From Epiperipatus broadwayi (Eukaryota > Animalia > Onychophora), in assembly GCA_028023455.1 (NCBI GenBank), contig JAQFVV010000001.1, forward strand, positions 11,594,001 through 11,658,000: DNA of 64,000 bases. Reading direction: 5' to 3'. This document shows, one piece after another, positions 23,588 to 37,695 of the stretch. How positions within the stretch are numbered: position 1 is the first letter of the stretch; each line of letters opens with the position of its first letter. The notes below the pieces were generated by a model, which was not told where the DNA came from, searched no databases, and was given only the letters and a program-made list of their open reading frames with translations. A program made the position numbers and the translations under genes.

Positions 23588-26500
23588 TTTCATATATCCC
23601 ACCTTGCCTTCAAATAATAGACTAGTCCAGATTCTTTTCTTATTGTAATCAGATTGAGCATTATAATGCATAACCAATGGCAAAAACAAGCCAATAGGCA
23701 ATGATGCTCACTGAATCTGAATGTTTCCATTACTGTTGGGGATCTGGCAGTAAATAATCAGCCTTTTTGAAGGTAAAGCAGAGAACGATTTGTCAAACTA
23801 TTAAACCTGAATAACAGTAACCTAGTTCGCCATACACAATCAAAGGAAACTCCTACTAACCTGAACAGCAATGATCATACTCCGGATTAAGATAATAGTT
23901 AATACAGCAAGGCAAGTCCATATTTAAGACAAGAAGCTGCCAGAACTAAAAGCTGACTCGAGGTAAGCTACAAAAACAGCCAGAAGAGTCGCTAAACTTA
24001 TTCATAAACTTTGAATTGGCTTTGTCTCAAGCAACACTAGCAGAATCAGTAGCTAGTCAAGGAAAACCATTGAAAAAAATAAATTATAATATTCAAAGTA
24101 TTAAGCAGAATACTGGGTCAGTCAAGCATCCAGCTGACAGTTCAAATGAATCAACAATAATAACTAAAAAGCGTTGTTACAGATGCAATGAACTGCTGCG
24201 CGCACACACAAAATATCCACACAATTATACTGTCTATATATATTACATATTAGTCACACAAAACTGCTTGTTTTAAAATGAAATAACTATCTAACAACAG
24301 AATGGTAAATCCATTCCAAAAAACAAAAAAGACACTTCAAGTCAAAAAAAAATTGCCTGCATAAACAATGTGAGAAATAGTGACTCTGTTTTCTAACACA
24401 GTTATTGTTAATGATATGTCAGTTACAATGGAACTGGACACAGGGTCTGCAGTATCCATAGTGTCAAACAAGATCTGATCTAACATTAATAAGAGAAATT
24501 AATTTCAGCTACACCAGGGCAATCAAGACAGAAAAGAGTCAAAGTTGCGATTCCTAATAAGACTATATATCTATAGATGGTTTTAGCATCAGGTAAATAT
24601 AGAAATTGATTAGGACATGACTGGTTCAGTCACTTAGGGTTTGCAGTGACAAAAGTAACCAGCTCACAACTATAAGTAAATTAAAAAGTGATTACCCTGA
24701 AGTATTCAACAAACTCTAGGTCTGTACTTAGGGCACACAGTCCATTTACCAATGAAGAGGTAAAAGCAATCGGTTCTCATTGCGGACCACTGGCACTTGC
24801 CAGATCTAAAGTAAAAGCTGAGCTTGAAAGGTGGTAATCAGAAGCAGTTGTTGAGTCCAAATGTTACTCAGAATGGGCCATCCAAATAGTGATGTATGGA
24901 TTTGTGAGGATTATCAATGCACAATTAATAAAGCACTGACATCTGATAACTACTCACCATCATTAGTTAAGCAGATCCTATTCACACTGTCAGGTGGAAA
25001 GTTTTTGATTTAAAACATGCATACTTTCAGTTGTTAGTTGATGTTGAAGCTGCAAGAGCATTGTCAATAATCAAACAAACTTATTCAAAATGAACTGGTT
25101 GCCTTTGGTATATTGGTCACCCCAACAATGTTCCAGAGAGTTTAACAGTTGGTTGCTGGAATCACACTACCTTATTTTGATGATTTTTTATTAATGGAAT
25201 GAGCTCCTACCAGTTCCACTAAGAAACTCTTAGATGATCTCAAAGCATCAGTCATTAAAATAAACTTGAACAAATGCATATTTAAAGCTAAAGAATTTGA
25301 ATTTCTGGAATTTAAGATAGATGCAGATGGCATTCATCCTACTCAAAAAAAATCAAAACAATTAAAGAAGCATGAATGAACTACAGTCTTTTTTGGGCCT
25401 TATAAATTTATGAGTTGCTTATTTCATAAAAATGAAGCAGTTGCAGAACTACTAGACAAAAATGCCATCTAGAAATGAGACAGTAAGTTATGACAGAGCT
25501 TTCAAGAAACTATAAAAAACCTAACATCAGACTCAATAGTACTTGCACACTTTGACCTTGAAAGAGTGCTGGTACTACATCACTAGTGGGAGTAGGGACT
25601 GTGTTATCTCATAGTAATGATAATGGGATATACTTCCCTATTGCATTTGCGTCAAAGTGTCTCTCAAAAGCTGAGAAAAATTATGCTTAGATTTTCAGAG
25701 ACCTTAGCCTTGATTACTGTCATCAAAACATTTCATGACTATCTTTATGGTAGATCATTCATAATACAAACTGATCACAGACCCCTGTTGGGTATCTTTA
25801 CTTCTGTTAGGTGGTGCAATTTTTTATCAGGTTACAATTTTATACTGGAATAAATTGAGGAAAAACATATTCCCCATTTAGAAGCCTTAAGATGATTGCC
25901 TACAGAGGCTGCAGACAATGCAAAGACAAAGTCAATCAATTAACGTGATAAACTTCAAATAAAATATACCACTTGAAAGTAAGTCAGTGACTGAATGAAC
26001 CACCTATGATCCTGGATTCCAAAGATTACAAAATGGATCCAACAGGATTGTCCAAACAAAAAATCTAATGAGTTGCATCTAGCCTACTGGATTCAAAGAC
26101 TAAAACCCTCAATTGAAAATGGCTGCATTATCTGGGAATCAAGAGTAGTGATTCCTCCAGCTGGACAATCCCATGTGCTCATCTTGTTACATAATGGGCA
26201 TCCAGAGATTGGCAGAATGAAGATGCTAGCAATATCATATGTGTGGTGGCCTACTTTGGACTCTGACATTGATTCTAAGATCCACCACTGCTGGCATTGC
26301 ATGGTGAACCAAAACTTGCCAACAAAGAACAAAAGAGTTCAGTGACCTGTGAAGGCCCCTGGACCAGAAATCATCTCAACCAGAATATTGTTAACACAGC
26401 ACTCTATGTTGAGCACAGTCACTGGAAAATGCCAGAACTACTATTCAATACAGATCTAAGAACCAACCTATCATTTCTCAAGCCTAATTCTATTAATGAG

Positions 26501-27310
26501 AAAAGAGAAAATGATGATTCTAAAGTGCAAATAGGCACCTACATTCTATGTTAAATGTATAATGCAACCACCAAATGGATTCCAGCAGTGGTAATTGAAC
26601 TTAGGGGCTTCAAACTGTAATTGTTGAAATGGTTGATGAACAACATTACCACAACAGAAACCAAATTATATTAAATCATATATCATCAGCCAGTTGAAAT
26701 TAACTCCCAGTTCCAAGGACTACAAATGATGACAACAGTGGACTTACTGAAAACATCATCAAGCCAAAAGAAATAAACTGAAGATTTTTCCAACACACCT
26801 GCATAACTGTTCTCAAGGACTATTTTTAGCCAGGAGCAAATGTCATATCTCACCTTGCCTTCAAATAATGAACTGGTCCAGATTCCTTTCTTATCGTGAT
26901 CAGATTGAGCATTCATTGCCACTAACCGATGCATATATATATATATAAATATAAAGCAAAACTAAAGGCAAGAACAGGCGAATAGGCAATGATGCTCACT
27001 AAATCCAATTTCTGTTAAGGTTAGGAATCTGGCAATAAATAGTCAGCCTTTTTGAAAGTAAGCCAGAGAAACAACTATCAAACCTAAAATATGATATATG
27101 TTCTCTAGAAAATAATTGTTAAACCTGAATAACAAAAGCCTTGCTCTCCATATACAGTCAAAGGAAATTCTTGCTAATCTGATTAGCAGTGATCATTCTC
27201 CAGACTATAGCTATTTAAGCTAATGATTAATGCAATGAGGCAAGACTGGAAGCTGCCAAAACCAAAAGCTGACCTGAAGCAAGCTGTAAATACAGCAGGA
27301 AGAGTCACCA
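23588..27310 (+). mobile_element. Decayed, internally deleted Ty3/Gypsy LTR retrotransposon (Mag-like) with both LTRs
   Basis: Diverged direct repeats at about 23588-23993 and 26841-27310; the 3' LTR starts TGTCATA after a purine-rich tract. Internal remnants: CYRC knuckle, protease MELDTGSAVSIVS (24428), RT YFDD, RNase H KTFHDYLYGRSFIIQTDHRPLLGI, integrase H2C2 HNGHPEIGRMKMLAISYVWWP...HCWHC. Many stops and frameshifts. Confidence 0.9.
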
Positions 27311-27724
27311 TACCTACTCATGAGGCAGGCTGTCAAGTACAGCTGGAAGTGGGTAGAGAAATCTATAAGAGCCCATACAGCCCCTTCTTTAACAGTTCAT
27401 ATTATAACTAATAGCTATACCCCATTAGATGGTAGCAGGTGGAGTATAGCCATCATTACTTTAAATCTGTAAATATTATAAATATATTAGAAATCAAATG
27501 TATTAAAATGTATGCATACTCAATATTTATATGAGTAATCCAAACTCAACACAGCACATATAAATATCTATTTAACAAAAATATAACAAAATAATAAAAG
27601 AAATATTATTTTAAATATTTATTTTGATGATTGTTAGTGTCAATATGTAAAAAAAAAAAAAATTTCCCAGTTGATATTATATGAATAAATTAAAATAAAA
27701 AAGTGAAGATTGATCTATTCTAGA

Positions 27725-27840
27725 TTTTTTTTTTTTTCCATATGTCATAGCATCGGCCAGGAGGTGAACCCAAAAACGTCTGCAACCAACTACTTGCTTG
27801 CAAGGCAGCTGCGATGACCTCTCGGCTAACAACGCTTGAC
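27725..27840 (-). mobile_element. tRNA-derived short SINE, copy 1
   Basis: A-box-like TAGCCGAGAGG, B-box-like GGTTCACCTCC and an oligo-A tail. Homologous to 32750-32862. Confidence 0.75.
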
Positions 27841-28329
27841 CTATTCTAGATATCATTTATCAAACAGCAGTTAGTAAAAATGAATTGTTCTATGTGTATA
27901 TATGGATATTTATAGGAAATATCCATTAAAATTTTTATTGGTATAAATCTAGTATAAAGTTAAAAACCTGGATTTGATATTGAAGAAGATCTGTTATATT
28001 TATATAAAAGAATAAGAAAAAAGAAATGTTACAATACAATTTGAAGTGCCAGAAATAAGAAAGTTGGAATTTTAAAAGGCACATTGAATTTTAGTTTCAA
28101 TAATAATTTATTATTTCTAATGTATACAGTGATGTGTAACAAAACATGAGGTTTACATTATTGTTCTAACTATCTTGTTATTTCCATTTGGAGTTCTGAT
28201 GAGTCTATATTGTGCAAGATGGTGTGAACCTTAAATCTTTCACATATTTGTTATCTGATTGTTAGCCCCCCCCCCTTGCCTTGTTGTTAGTTTGGCATAT
28301 TGTATAATGTCCAAGTGTTCTCAAATTCT

Positions 28330-28900
28330 TTTGATGATGCCAGGAATTGGTTTCTCTTCTGGATTTTAATCATTGTTTTGGAAAAAAACCTGTGTTATAA
28401 GAGGTTGTGAGTGTTCCACGATTAGTTTACAATGTGTAACCCATATGGCATAGTTCAAAAATATTGAGAGACATATTATTGGATAGGTTTTAGTATTGAT
28501 ACTATCCTTCAGAGAAGAGATCAGTTGAAAATCTATCTTGGTGTTGGAGAGTATGATTTCTTGGATCACTCTGAGTCCCATATATTGTGAGAAGAGGTGA
28601 TCCGATGTCTCACGCCGTTCATGCAAATGCTGCAAGTAGGATCTATGTTGTTGTGACCTTGTTTGTAAAAGAGGAAGAGATTAGTAGGTAATCCGTTAAT
28701 GTTGTATTTAATGAGGAAGTCTAGGTATTTGGCCTCTAGACTCCATCTTTTAAAGTTGGATACTAGTTTCTGATTATTGTAATAAAGTGTGTTGATTATA
28801 GGATGTAAGATTGGATGGAGGATTGTGTATGCTTGCCATAATGATATTTTAGAATTGAATGTGGAGTCGGTTATTGGGCAGTGCTGTTTTAAAAGAAAAA
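28330..28900 (-). mobile_element. Decayed 3' end of an L1/Tx1-like LINE ORF2 (zf-RVT region)
   Basis: Across one frameshift it reads NGLPTNLFLFYKQGHNNIDPTCSICMNG.ETSDHLFSQ...YAIWVTHCKLIVE, resembling LPT...C..C...E...HLF..C...IW..RN of the L1/Tx1 C-terminus. Confidence 0.6.
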
Positions 28901-31599
28901 GAAAAGCACTCCAGAAGAAAAGGTAAGAAATAAGAATTTGGGAAAAAGAATGACTTAAGGAAATGAGAATAAATGTATAGTGGTGTTTGTATAAATAGAA
29001 ATAATTAATTAAGTTTTTTTTTTGTTTCTAAATGATAAAGAGAAAATATGTAAGATATGTTAGTTTAATTAATGAAAAGAAAATGAGCTGATTAAATCTG
29101 TAATTAACAAAATAAGAAGTTGAAGAAAAATAACTTGAATTAATAAGACAGGAAATGATTAGGCTGTCTCAATAAATTAAAATACATTAACTGAATCTGT
29201 AAATGCAGAATTTAATTGCAAGAAGATAAAAGAAATTCAGAGATATATAAAGAGTGGAAAATAAAAAGATTCAACAGAAATTCTGTTTTTACAATTGTGT
29301 GGGCCAATTTTGTTTCCTCTGTCATCAGCCAGTGTATAGAAAATATATATAGTGGAGAGTTGGCACTACAAGACATCGCGGAAATACCAATCCCATGTAC
29401 CAGTTACCTGAAGGTTAATGAGTTTATTAGAACTTTATACAGATTGTCCTGATATTATTATTTCATATTGTTATGTATATGTATGTTCAAATACATATAC
29501 AAAGGCATACATGCAAATAAATGCAAAATGTGAAAAAAAAATATAAATTATATTAGAGATTACTAGTAATAATTAAAATATACAAATTAAATAGCCAGGT
29601 GATCAGAAAGTAAAAAGCTATTTAAATGTAAAAGCAATTATAAAGATTAGCTATCTAAATTAAATAATTGTAATTAAAAAGAGTGATAGTTGAATGAATC
29701 AGGAACCCTGATTCATTAAATGATAACTATGGAAAAGACCAAAAAATAACTTTTTGCATATGTAAAAGAGTAAATTATTTGATCCAGGATGCTGATTCAG
29801 GATGCAAATAAAAAAAGTGAAATAACTATCTGTTGGACCTGAAGATGAACCAATGAGCAGCATAAGTGAACTTGGATTACAGATTACCAGAGAGAAAATA
29901 ACACGAACATTTGCTATTTGGAGCTCGCTAAGTGCAAATAGACTTGATCATCAGTGCTGGACGTCACCGTTTGCACAGAGAGCTTATACTGTGAAAAGTT
30001 TGCCTCTCAAGTACCAAAGCAAGCTAGGGACAGATCATATTGATCTATATTATTATTTATGTATGCTTTTGGGCCTTATATATATATATATATATAATTT
30101 GTATATATGTAAATAGTTAAACCTTTGTTAATTATCGTTTATTAAATACTCTAATATTACTATTATTAGTTGTGGTTATACTTTGGTGATGCCCTCTTAG
30201 CTTCATCATTCTGCAGAGCAATAGTCTCGTTCAGACCTTGCTACTAGCTGTCACTGCAATTGATAGCAGACACAGCACATAACACCTGACAAGGCTCTGA
30301 AGATTTACTGCTAAATAGTAATGTAGAAACATATTGTTTGATTTGTTATAAATTTATGGGGTGTAGGAAATAATAGTTATCTCTAATTAAAGATTGCTAT
30401 ATTTCATAAATAAAAGCATTGGAGAGTTCAATTTTAATTTGTGCAATTTAGAGTTTTCTGTTATTGGGGGACATTGTTTTTTTTGTCATATCAATAAAGA
30501 CTTAATTTTAGCATATTGGGTTTGTAAACTTATTGAATACTATTTTAATCTATTTTGCTGTGATATTTTAATAGTTTGGTTTGCAAATACATAGCAAGAT
30601 CAGTATATTTAAATGAGCCCTACTATGTATTCTAAACTGCATAAATATAATAGGTTACATTCTAGAGGCAGCATTATACAATCATATGTGCAACAATTGT
30701 ACAACCTTTTAAGCCGAAAAATGCAATGTGTGCGCTAATCGTTGCAGAAGTCAGTGAAATAATTAAAGACAGATCTTAGAAACGAGATTAGGATGTGTTA
30801 AAACCAAAGTAAATGGATACACACAGATAATTGGACTTATATTAATGTCTGTGTGTATGGACAGTTTCTCATGCGGCCAATTATTAGAATTGCATAAAGA
30901 AGCTAAAGTGGTTTCACTCGTTTTATTTTATTATTCTCTTTATTATTAGTAAGTGAATAAACTTGTTTTTATTACTTTGGTTAATATTTTGTTTTGATTA
31001 AATTATTGTACATGCATATACATCTGGTGAACATAAATCTCAACCTATATACAGCAAAAAACAAAAAATACATCAGATCGTTTTACAATGATTGGTATGG
31101 GAAAATGAAATGGTTATGTAGTTGCAAAATTAGAAATGCTCTGTTTTGTTTTGTTTTGCTTACTTTTTGCCAATGATACAGTAATAAAGCATCCCTGCTT
31201 AAAAAAATTCATGGGCCATCACTGCTATTCATCTATAAAGTATATATATATATTGTGCTCTTTCATGCGCAGTCTTAGTTACTTTTTATTTAAACAAAAA
31301 AGAATCCATTACATTTATTTCTTTTTTTTTTGCTTATAATTAATATTTGTTTAACTTTGCAAAAACATCGCTCTTCGCCTCTATTTACATATCATTACAA
31401 TTATTTTCTTCACCAATTCTCCTTTCATAACTTAAGCCAATCATTTATTCTTTTTTATTTCAAATAAACTTAATAAACAGAGAATGATCACTCATGAAAA
31501 ATGGTTAACTTCGTACTCTAGTTATTCCCTCTAACATAAATCTGTATTATTTTCACACGCAATATATATATTAACAAGCTGCTTAATTCTGATGTTTTG

Positions 31600-34200
31600 A
31601 TTATATGGTGACTATAGTCAGTGGTGATATTCAAAAAGTGTGCTAAATTTAACCCTTTCTCCCGAAACCGCAAGAGGGATGTGCTAACGATAGGACAGCA
31701 CGAGGAACCGCATTTATCAAAATCCTGATGCTGGATAATCTATATCTTTTGCAAATTCTGATTCAAAATAAATACAATTTTTAATGAAGAGAATCGTTCT
31801 TGATTTATACTAATTGTAAAACAATATATCTATCTTTTCAAATAAGACTATTTTTTAAAAATATTTAAATGTTTTTTTATCATATATAATAAAAAAGGCC
31901 ACTGCTCCGGTCCCACTTTTTCTTGGGCTACAAATATAAGTTCTTAAATTTTTTATTACAGAGAATTTTCTCTTCAAAAACATGGTCGAAAAAATAAGTT
32001 TAAAATAAGTTCCCCCCTCTCCCATAATTATTATAATGTACGGAAGCAAAAAATTAAATATTGCTTACTTTTGTGAGATTTTTTGTTTAATAAAAAATGA
32101 TAATATAAATATCTTTCAAGAATTTTTATTTGATTTAATTAACCAACTTAGTAATTCATTATTTTCCAATCTATTTAAAAAAAAATTTTTTTTTTTAACA
32201 ATGGTAACAGTTGTGTTATGCTCAAAGATATATAATGTTGATAAATATCAATTTTTTCCATCAATTTGCTTTCACAAGACTTAATATTTCGAGCTAGTTT
32301 GGTCGATGAAAGTAATAGATCAGTTTTCAAATTTGAATTTTGTCAATTGTGATCGCGTTTTGTATTTAATTAATTTTATGAATGGAAATAATTTTCATTC
32401 AGAACAAATTTGCAAGGCTTACAAAAAAATAAACACAGTACACTTAGCTAAATGAAAGTTAAAAACTCACTAGAAATACAACTAGACTAGATACATTTAG
32501 CCGTATATTTTTATGTAGAATGAATACGGAACAATAATTTTGTTAGTTTGGCTCGCTAATTTTTTTTTATATGTGTTTACTGAATACTAATACTAATTGT
32601 TTTTTAATTAATGTTACTTTACAAAACCTATGTTTACTTTTTATTTATATAATCAGAAATTCTACATATTACCAAAAAGCTCCATATTTCGCGCATGCGA
32701 CGAATGTTAATTATTTCTGCTTTAAATTTTGAAAGCAATAAATTCCCCCTTTTTTTTTCATATGTCATAGCATCGGCCGGGACGCGAACCCACAGCCGTC
32801 TGCAACCAACTCTACTTGCTTGCAAGGCAGCTGCGATGACCTCTCGGCTAACAACGCCTGACATGTAAATTTCCACGTGTCATACAAAACTAATAAATTA
32901 TTATAATTTAATCTACAAATCTTTTACATATTTGAAGTAAGTGTTAGCAAAGAGAAATATTAAATATCTATATTTGTAAAAAAAAAAAAAATAATAATAA
33001 TAGAATGGTTTTTGCTTCTTGAGAGAAAATTATGAAAATTTACCATTGGAAAAAACAAATTTGAGTAGCGATCTGCGGATCTTTAGTTTTAAAGAGGAAG
33101 ACTATTTTTGTAAAAATATTTAACCACCGGCACAGAACTTTTAAACATTTTAAGAATATGTTTTATCGTACGGGGTGAATATTTCCGCAGCCCGTGAATA
33201 CAATACATATATTTTTAATGCTCCATAATAATAAAAAATATTAAACTTAATTATTTAGTAATAATAACATATGTATAAAATATGTTTATTAGATTACTGC
33301 TTGAGACACAAAAATTTATGTATCAAGAAGTTAGTTTTTTCGAGTTTAAGACTAAGTTCCACTTCCGGCGCTCGAATTCGAGCAATAAAGTCATCGATTA
33401 TTTTTATTTTTCCTTTTTTATTTAACATTTTTTTAGAAAAATATAGATATATTTTTAATGGATTATATCAAACAAATAATTATTCTCAAAATTCTTACTT
33501 GAAAGCATTTTTACTAGGTAAAATTATATTGGATTCGAATGGTTAATTGCTCGGGAATTCCTAAGAAGTTCGAGCACCGAAAGTATAGAGCATTATCATG
33601 TGATAGAATAAGATACGTAAAATAAAAAACTTTTTAATACAAAAAATATATGTTTAATACTTTACTTACCTTTGCAATTTATCAAATTTTATTCAAAACT
33701 GTTATGACGTTAGCAATTGTTACAAATATTAGCTTAAGTAATAAAACATTATCAGATGTAAATATATAGTCGTGTATTTTTAAAACGTTGGCTTATTAAT
33801 AATTTCTGTAAATAAATTACTGTACAATTTAATATTTATCCATCGGCTTCTTTTACTTGTTATGTAAAAGTATTGAGCTTATTTCCTTAAGTAATTCATT
33901 TGTCGTAACTTATTGCAAATATATTCAGCAAAAAAATCTTAAAATCAATCGACTTTGCTATAAACTATTACGAAAATAATAAAAATACTGTAGATTTTAT
34001 ATTTTTAAAATATTAAGGAATAAAAAGCAGATTTAATAAGTTGAAATTTTCTCGTAACAAAGTTTCTTCAGTAAATTTAATTTCCACAAATTCAATTTTC
34101 ACATAATTAAAAAAGCAATTATTAAAAAAATATTTCCATCTAAATCATAGTGTAAATTGTATTTTTCAGACGTACTGATTTTAAATAATCTGATAACATT
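31600..34200. promoter_or_regulatory. CpG-retaining, promoter-like region
   Basis: CpGs are visibly more frequent than in the flanks. ETS-like ACTTCCGG at 33361-33368. Perfect minus-strand donor AAG|GTAAGT at 33670/33669. Part of the region may be TE-derived. Confidence 0.4.
32750..32862 (-). mobile_element. tRNA-derived short SINE, copy 2 (better preserved)
   Basis: GTCAGGCGTTGTTAGCCGAGAGGTC...CTTGCAA...GTGGGTTCGCGTCCCGGCCGATGCTATGACATATG(A)n, with A and B boxes and CpGs retained. Confidence 0.8.
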
Positions 34201-37200
34201 AGATACCTTTCATCTAACTGACATATAAAATGGCTTCTTATTTGAAATCAAAATATCTGTGCAAAGGATACTTTGTAAAGACTTATTCAAGTTAAACAAT
34301 TTCTCCCCCTGAAATTGTTACATAACATTATAAATTCATTATTCCATGCAATCTACAATTATCTTTTCTTTCTCTTCTATAACATTTTAATAACATTTGC
34401 TTTTTCCACTAACTTTTGTTTTGCCACTCTTTACCAATTTATTATGACATTCAATACTCTCACTTCCATCCCCAGATAAAGATCTGCATTCAAATTATTC
34501 TATTTTTATTTCCTTCCCATAGAATCCAATAATAAACTCCCAATAATAAACTCCTATGGTTATTATACACTTTTAAGATTACATATATATAATTCAAAAA
34601 TATTTTTTATTTGCATTCTATCTCAATCTTTTCTGTATTCAATTTATTACTTCTCTTCTCCTTATAATCATATATGTGCAATATATTTTCTACATTTATA
34701 TTTCTTCCATAAATGTATGGAAATAAAAATTATTTATCTATTAACACTGTAAACTATAAAACCTTTATCATAATCCAATTTATTTTTAATAATCTATTGC
34801 ATTCACATATTCTATAACAATCGCACTATTCATGACTGTATTATGTAACCATATCATTTGGGAATCAATATATAACTGGGATTACTAGGAGATGGTTACA
34901 ATTTGCATTAAATTAGCTTTTCCTATTGTATACTTATATTGATTAAAACCATTTTCAAAACTGATAATTGTCATAGACACAACAGTGACAAAAAAATTGA
35001 TTAAATAAACTCAATTAAACTATGTTTATCATTAGATTAGTCTTTGCTATTAACACATGACTATTACTGTCTGAGATCATTAAAATAAACACATATACTA
35101 TGTCTATCACGAGTAAAAATAAAAGTCCAATTATTAAATTATGTATACAAATTGTTTACTGGAGTCAGTAATAAGTAGTTCATTTAAAAAAAAAAATTTG
35201 AAAACCTGTAACAGATATAAAAAATGTTCATCATAGGTACTTGATTAATTATTTGTGACTCACCATAAACATATCTAATCTGAGAAATAGATGAGAAAAT
35301 GGTAATGTATCACTTGATCTCTACTAACCTGTACTACATGCACACACACATATAAGTACTTTTAACCAATTTTAGCTCACCCATATTATTTTCATCATGT
35401 TTTAATGTATTCTGTTGTAAAGTCTCATTTTCAAAATTTTATTTATAACTATAATCACTGAAGATATCATTGCACCACCGAGGAAGCTTTTAATGAATCA
35501 GAAGACTTCATATATAGTCACTGAAATTTGTTCAGCCATTTTGATCACAGTAAGATTACCTAAACAGCTGCAATCATATGCCTGAAAGAAACCCATTAAA
35601 CGTAGACACTATTTTACTATATTTGCCATGGATATCCCAGTTTTGTTTCATCAAAATTGAAAAAAAAAAGGTCTTATCATGTGATTCAACTAGATACTTC
35701 CAGTTGTAGAAATTCCATTCCTTTCCATCACTTAACAATATGGCTTAATACTAAAGTTGATGATTTTCATAGATAAAAAATATAAATACATTTGATTCCC
35801 TTCATGTATATGATTATTTTTTGTTAATATCAATATTGCACCAATGATTAATCAAACTTGCTATTATTTGTGTATTCAAAACATGGATACAATGTCATTA
35901 TTAACAAGAAATCATATATCTATTGCAATGGAATCGCACTTAAAAATTGTAATAAATATATGTAAATGCATATAGATAACCTATTTAAAAGTGAAAATTT
36001 TACATAATAAGAAAATTATGGTGGAGATAGTTCAAAGTTGCTTATAACTAAACCTAGCATTGCAAAAAAAAAAGATTTTCAATTTGAATAACAAAAATAA
36101 TCCAAATATGCATATTTAATATACAGTAGTTAATTTTACTTTCTTACATGGTGGTAACTACAACTAGGATGCCAGTAAGCATAGTAAATGACTAATCTAA
36201 CCACACATGTACACCTATACCTCATTTTCTCTCAATATCGTCCATTACATGAGCTCATTCAACTATTTCATAAGCAAAAAGATGAAAATTCTTCTCATGT
36301 ACTTTGGATATACCATAGTTTCCTATATTAGTTAAAACAATTACTTGGATATGTAGAAAATATAATTTTTTTTGTGAATAAATAATAAACACAACATAAA
36401 ATGAACTAACTATACCTAATGTTATTCCCTCTTAATATCCACAAAGTGGTATGTTATGTGGTTATCAATGATAGCATTAATCTTACTTAAATTTATATGC
36501 AAGAAGAAACTAACTATTCTATGTATTTATTTATTTCTAGTTAAATTTTAATTGCTTAAGAGGAAATACACTTTTAACAATATTAATTCACTAAGGTTTT
36601 ATAAAGAAAATACTTTATTATCAAATTTACAGTAAGGAAGCAGCCCATTTATTTTAAATACAGCTAGCATGTGTGCTCTTCAAGCTTTAATGGTTTTAAT
36701 ACATCTCTATTTACCTTTATAATAGATTCAGAATTTCTATCCTGCTATAAGATATTTAATTATTAACATAAATATTAAATGTCTGGACCCAAACTATTAT
36801 TAAAAAATAAATAAAGCAACATCAATTAAAGATATCATTTATTAATTTAAAATTTATTCTTGAAATAATATATATATATATATTACAATGTTCCCTTTTA
36901 TATATTTATATATGTCTGCTTGTATTGATATTTAGTAAAATATAAAAGAAAAATACATTAGATTTACATTTATCTTTATTTTTTTTTAAATATAAGCAAA
37001 TAAATTATATTGGCAAATATATATATAAATATATTAATTAGTATTTGTCTTAAAAGTTGTTGAGGCTGATATTTGGGAAAGCCAAATTATGTAACAGCAA
37101 ATAAGTCACAATGACTGATATATGTAAGGAATTTTATTCATTTTTTTATTTACCAGAAAGTATAATGATAAAATATACATTATCAATAAGAAATTACATA

Positions 37201-37695
37201 TTTATCTTAACTTGCAACCATTTCTTATTTATGAGTACAATGCAACCAGGATATTTACCAATTATATATCCCTGATATATTTTCTTACTCTCATGTCACT
37301 AGCTCTAATAACAAGCACTGGAACAGATTATAGACAAATTTGGATTATTATGTTGGTAATATTAGAAAAATACATGATGAAATTGTTCTATAAATCTATC
37401 ATAATATCTGGTATTCACAGACATTGATCAAACCCAAAATAAAATAAATGAATGAATGGGAATAAAAATACCATCTAAATATAATTTTATTACAAAATAT
37501 ACTGTATATAAATAAACAATGTAAAATTAATTAATGATTAGCCAAACAAATGAATAAACAATATTGAAATAAATATCTGATGTGATCAACATTTTAAATT
37601 CTCATTATATCTATCTTAAAACATTTATTCAAATATTTTCATCTAGAATTTTATTTCTATATCCTTTTAAAAATAAATAATATAATGAAAATTAT

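Noticed and set aside
29310-29345. CTGATGA-cagag-GAAAC on the minus strand
   Set aside because: No helix II, helix I or cleavage triplet; a chance match.
34300-34720. Purine-skewed stretch resembling a LINE relic (also 4940-5400)
   Set aside because: No convincing protein motif recovered.
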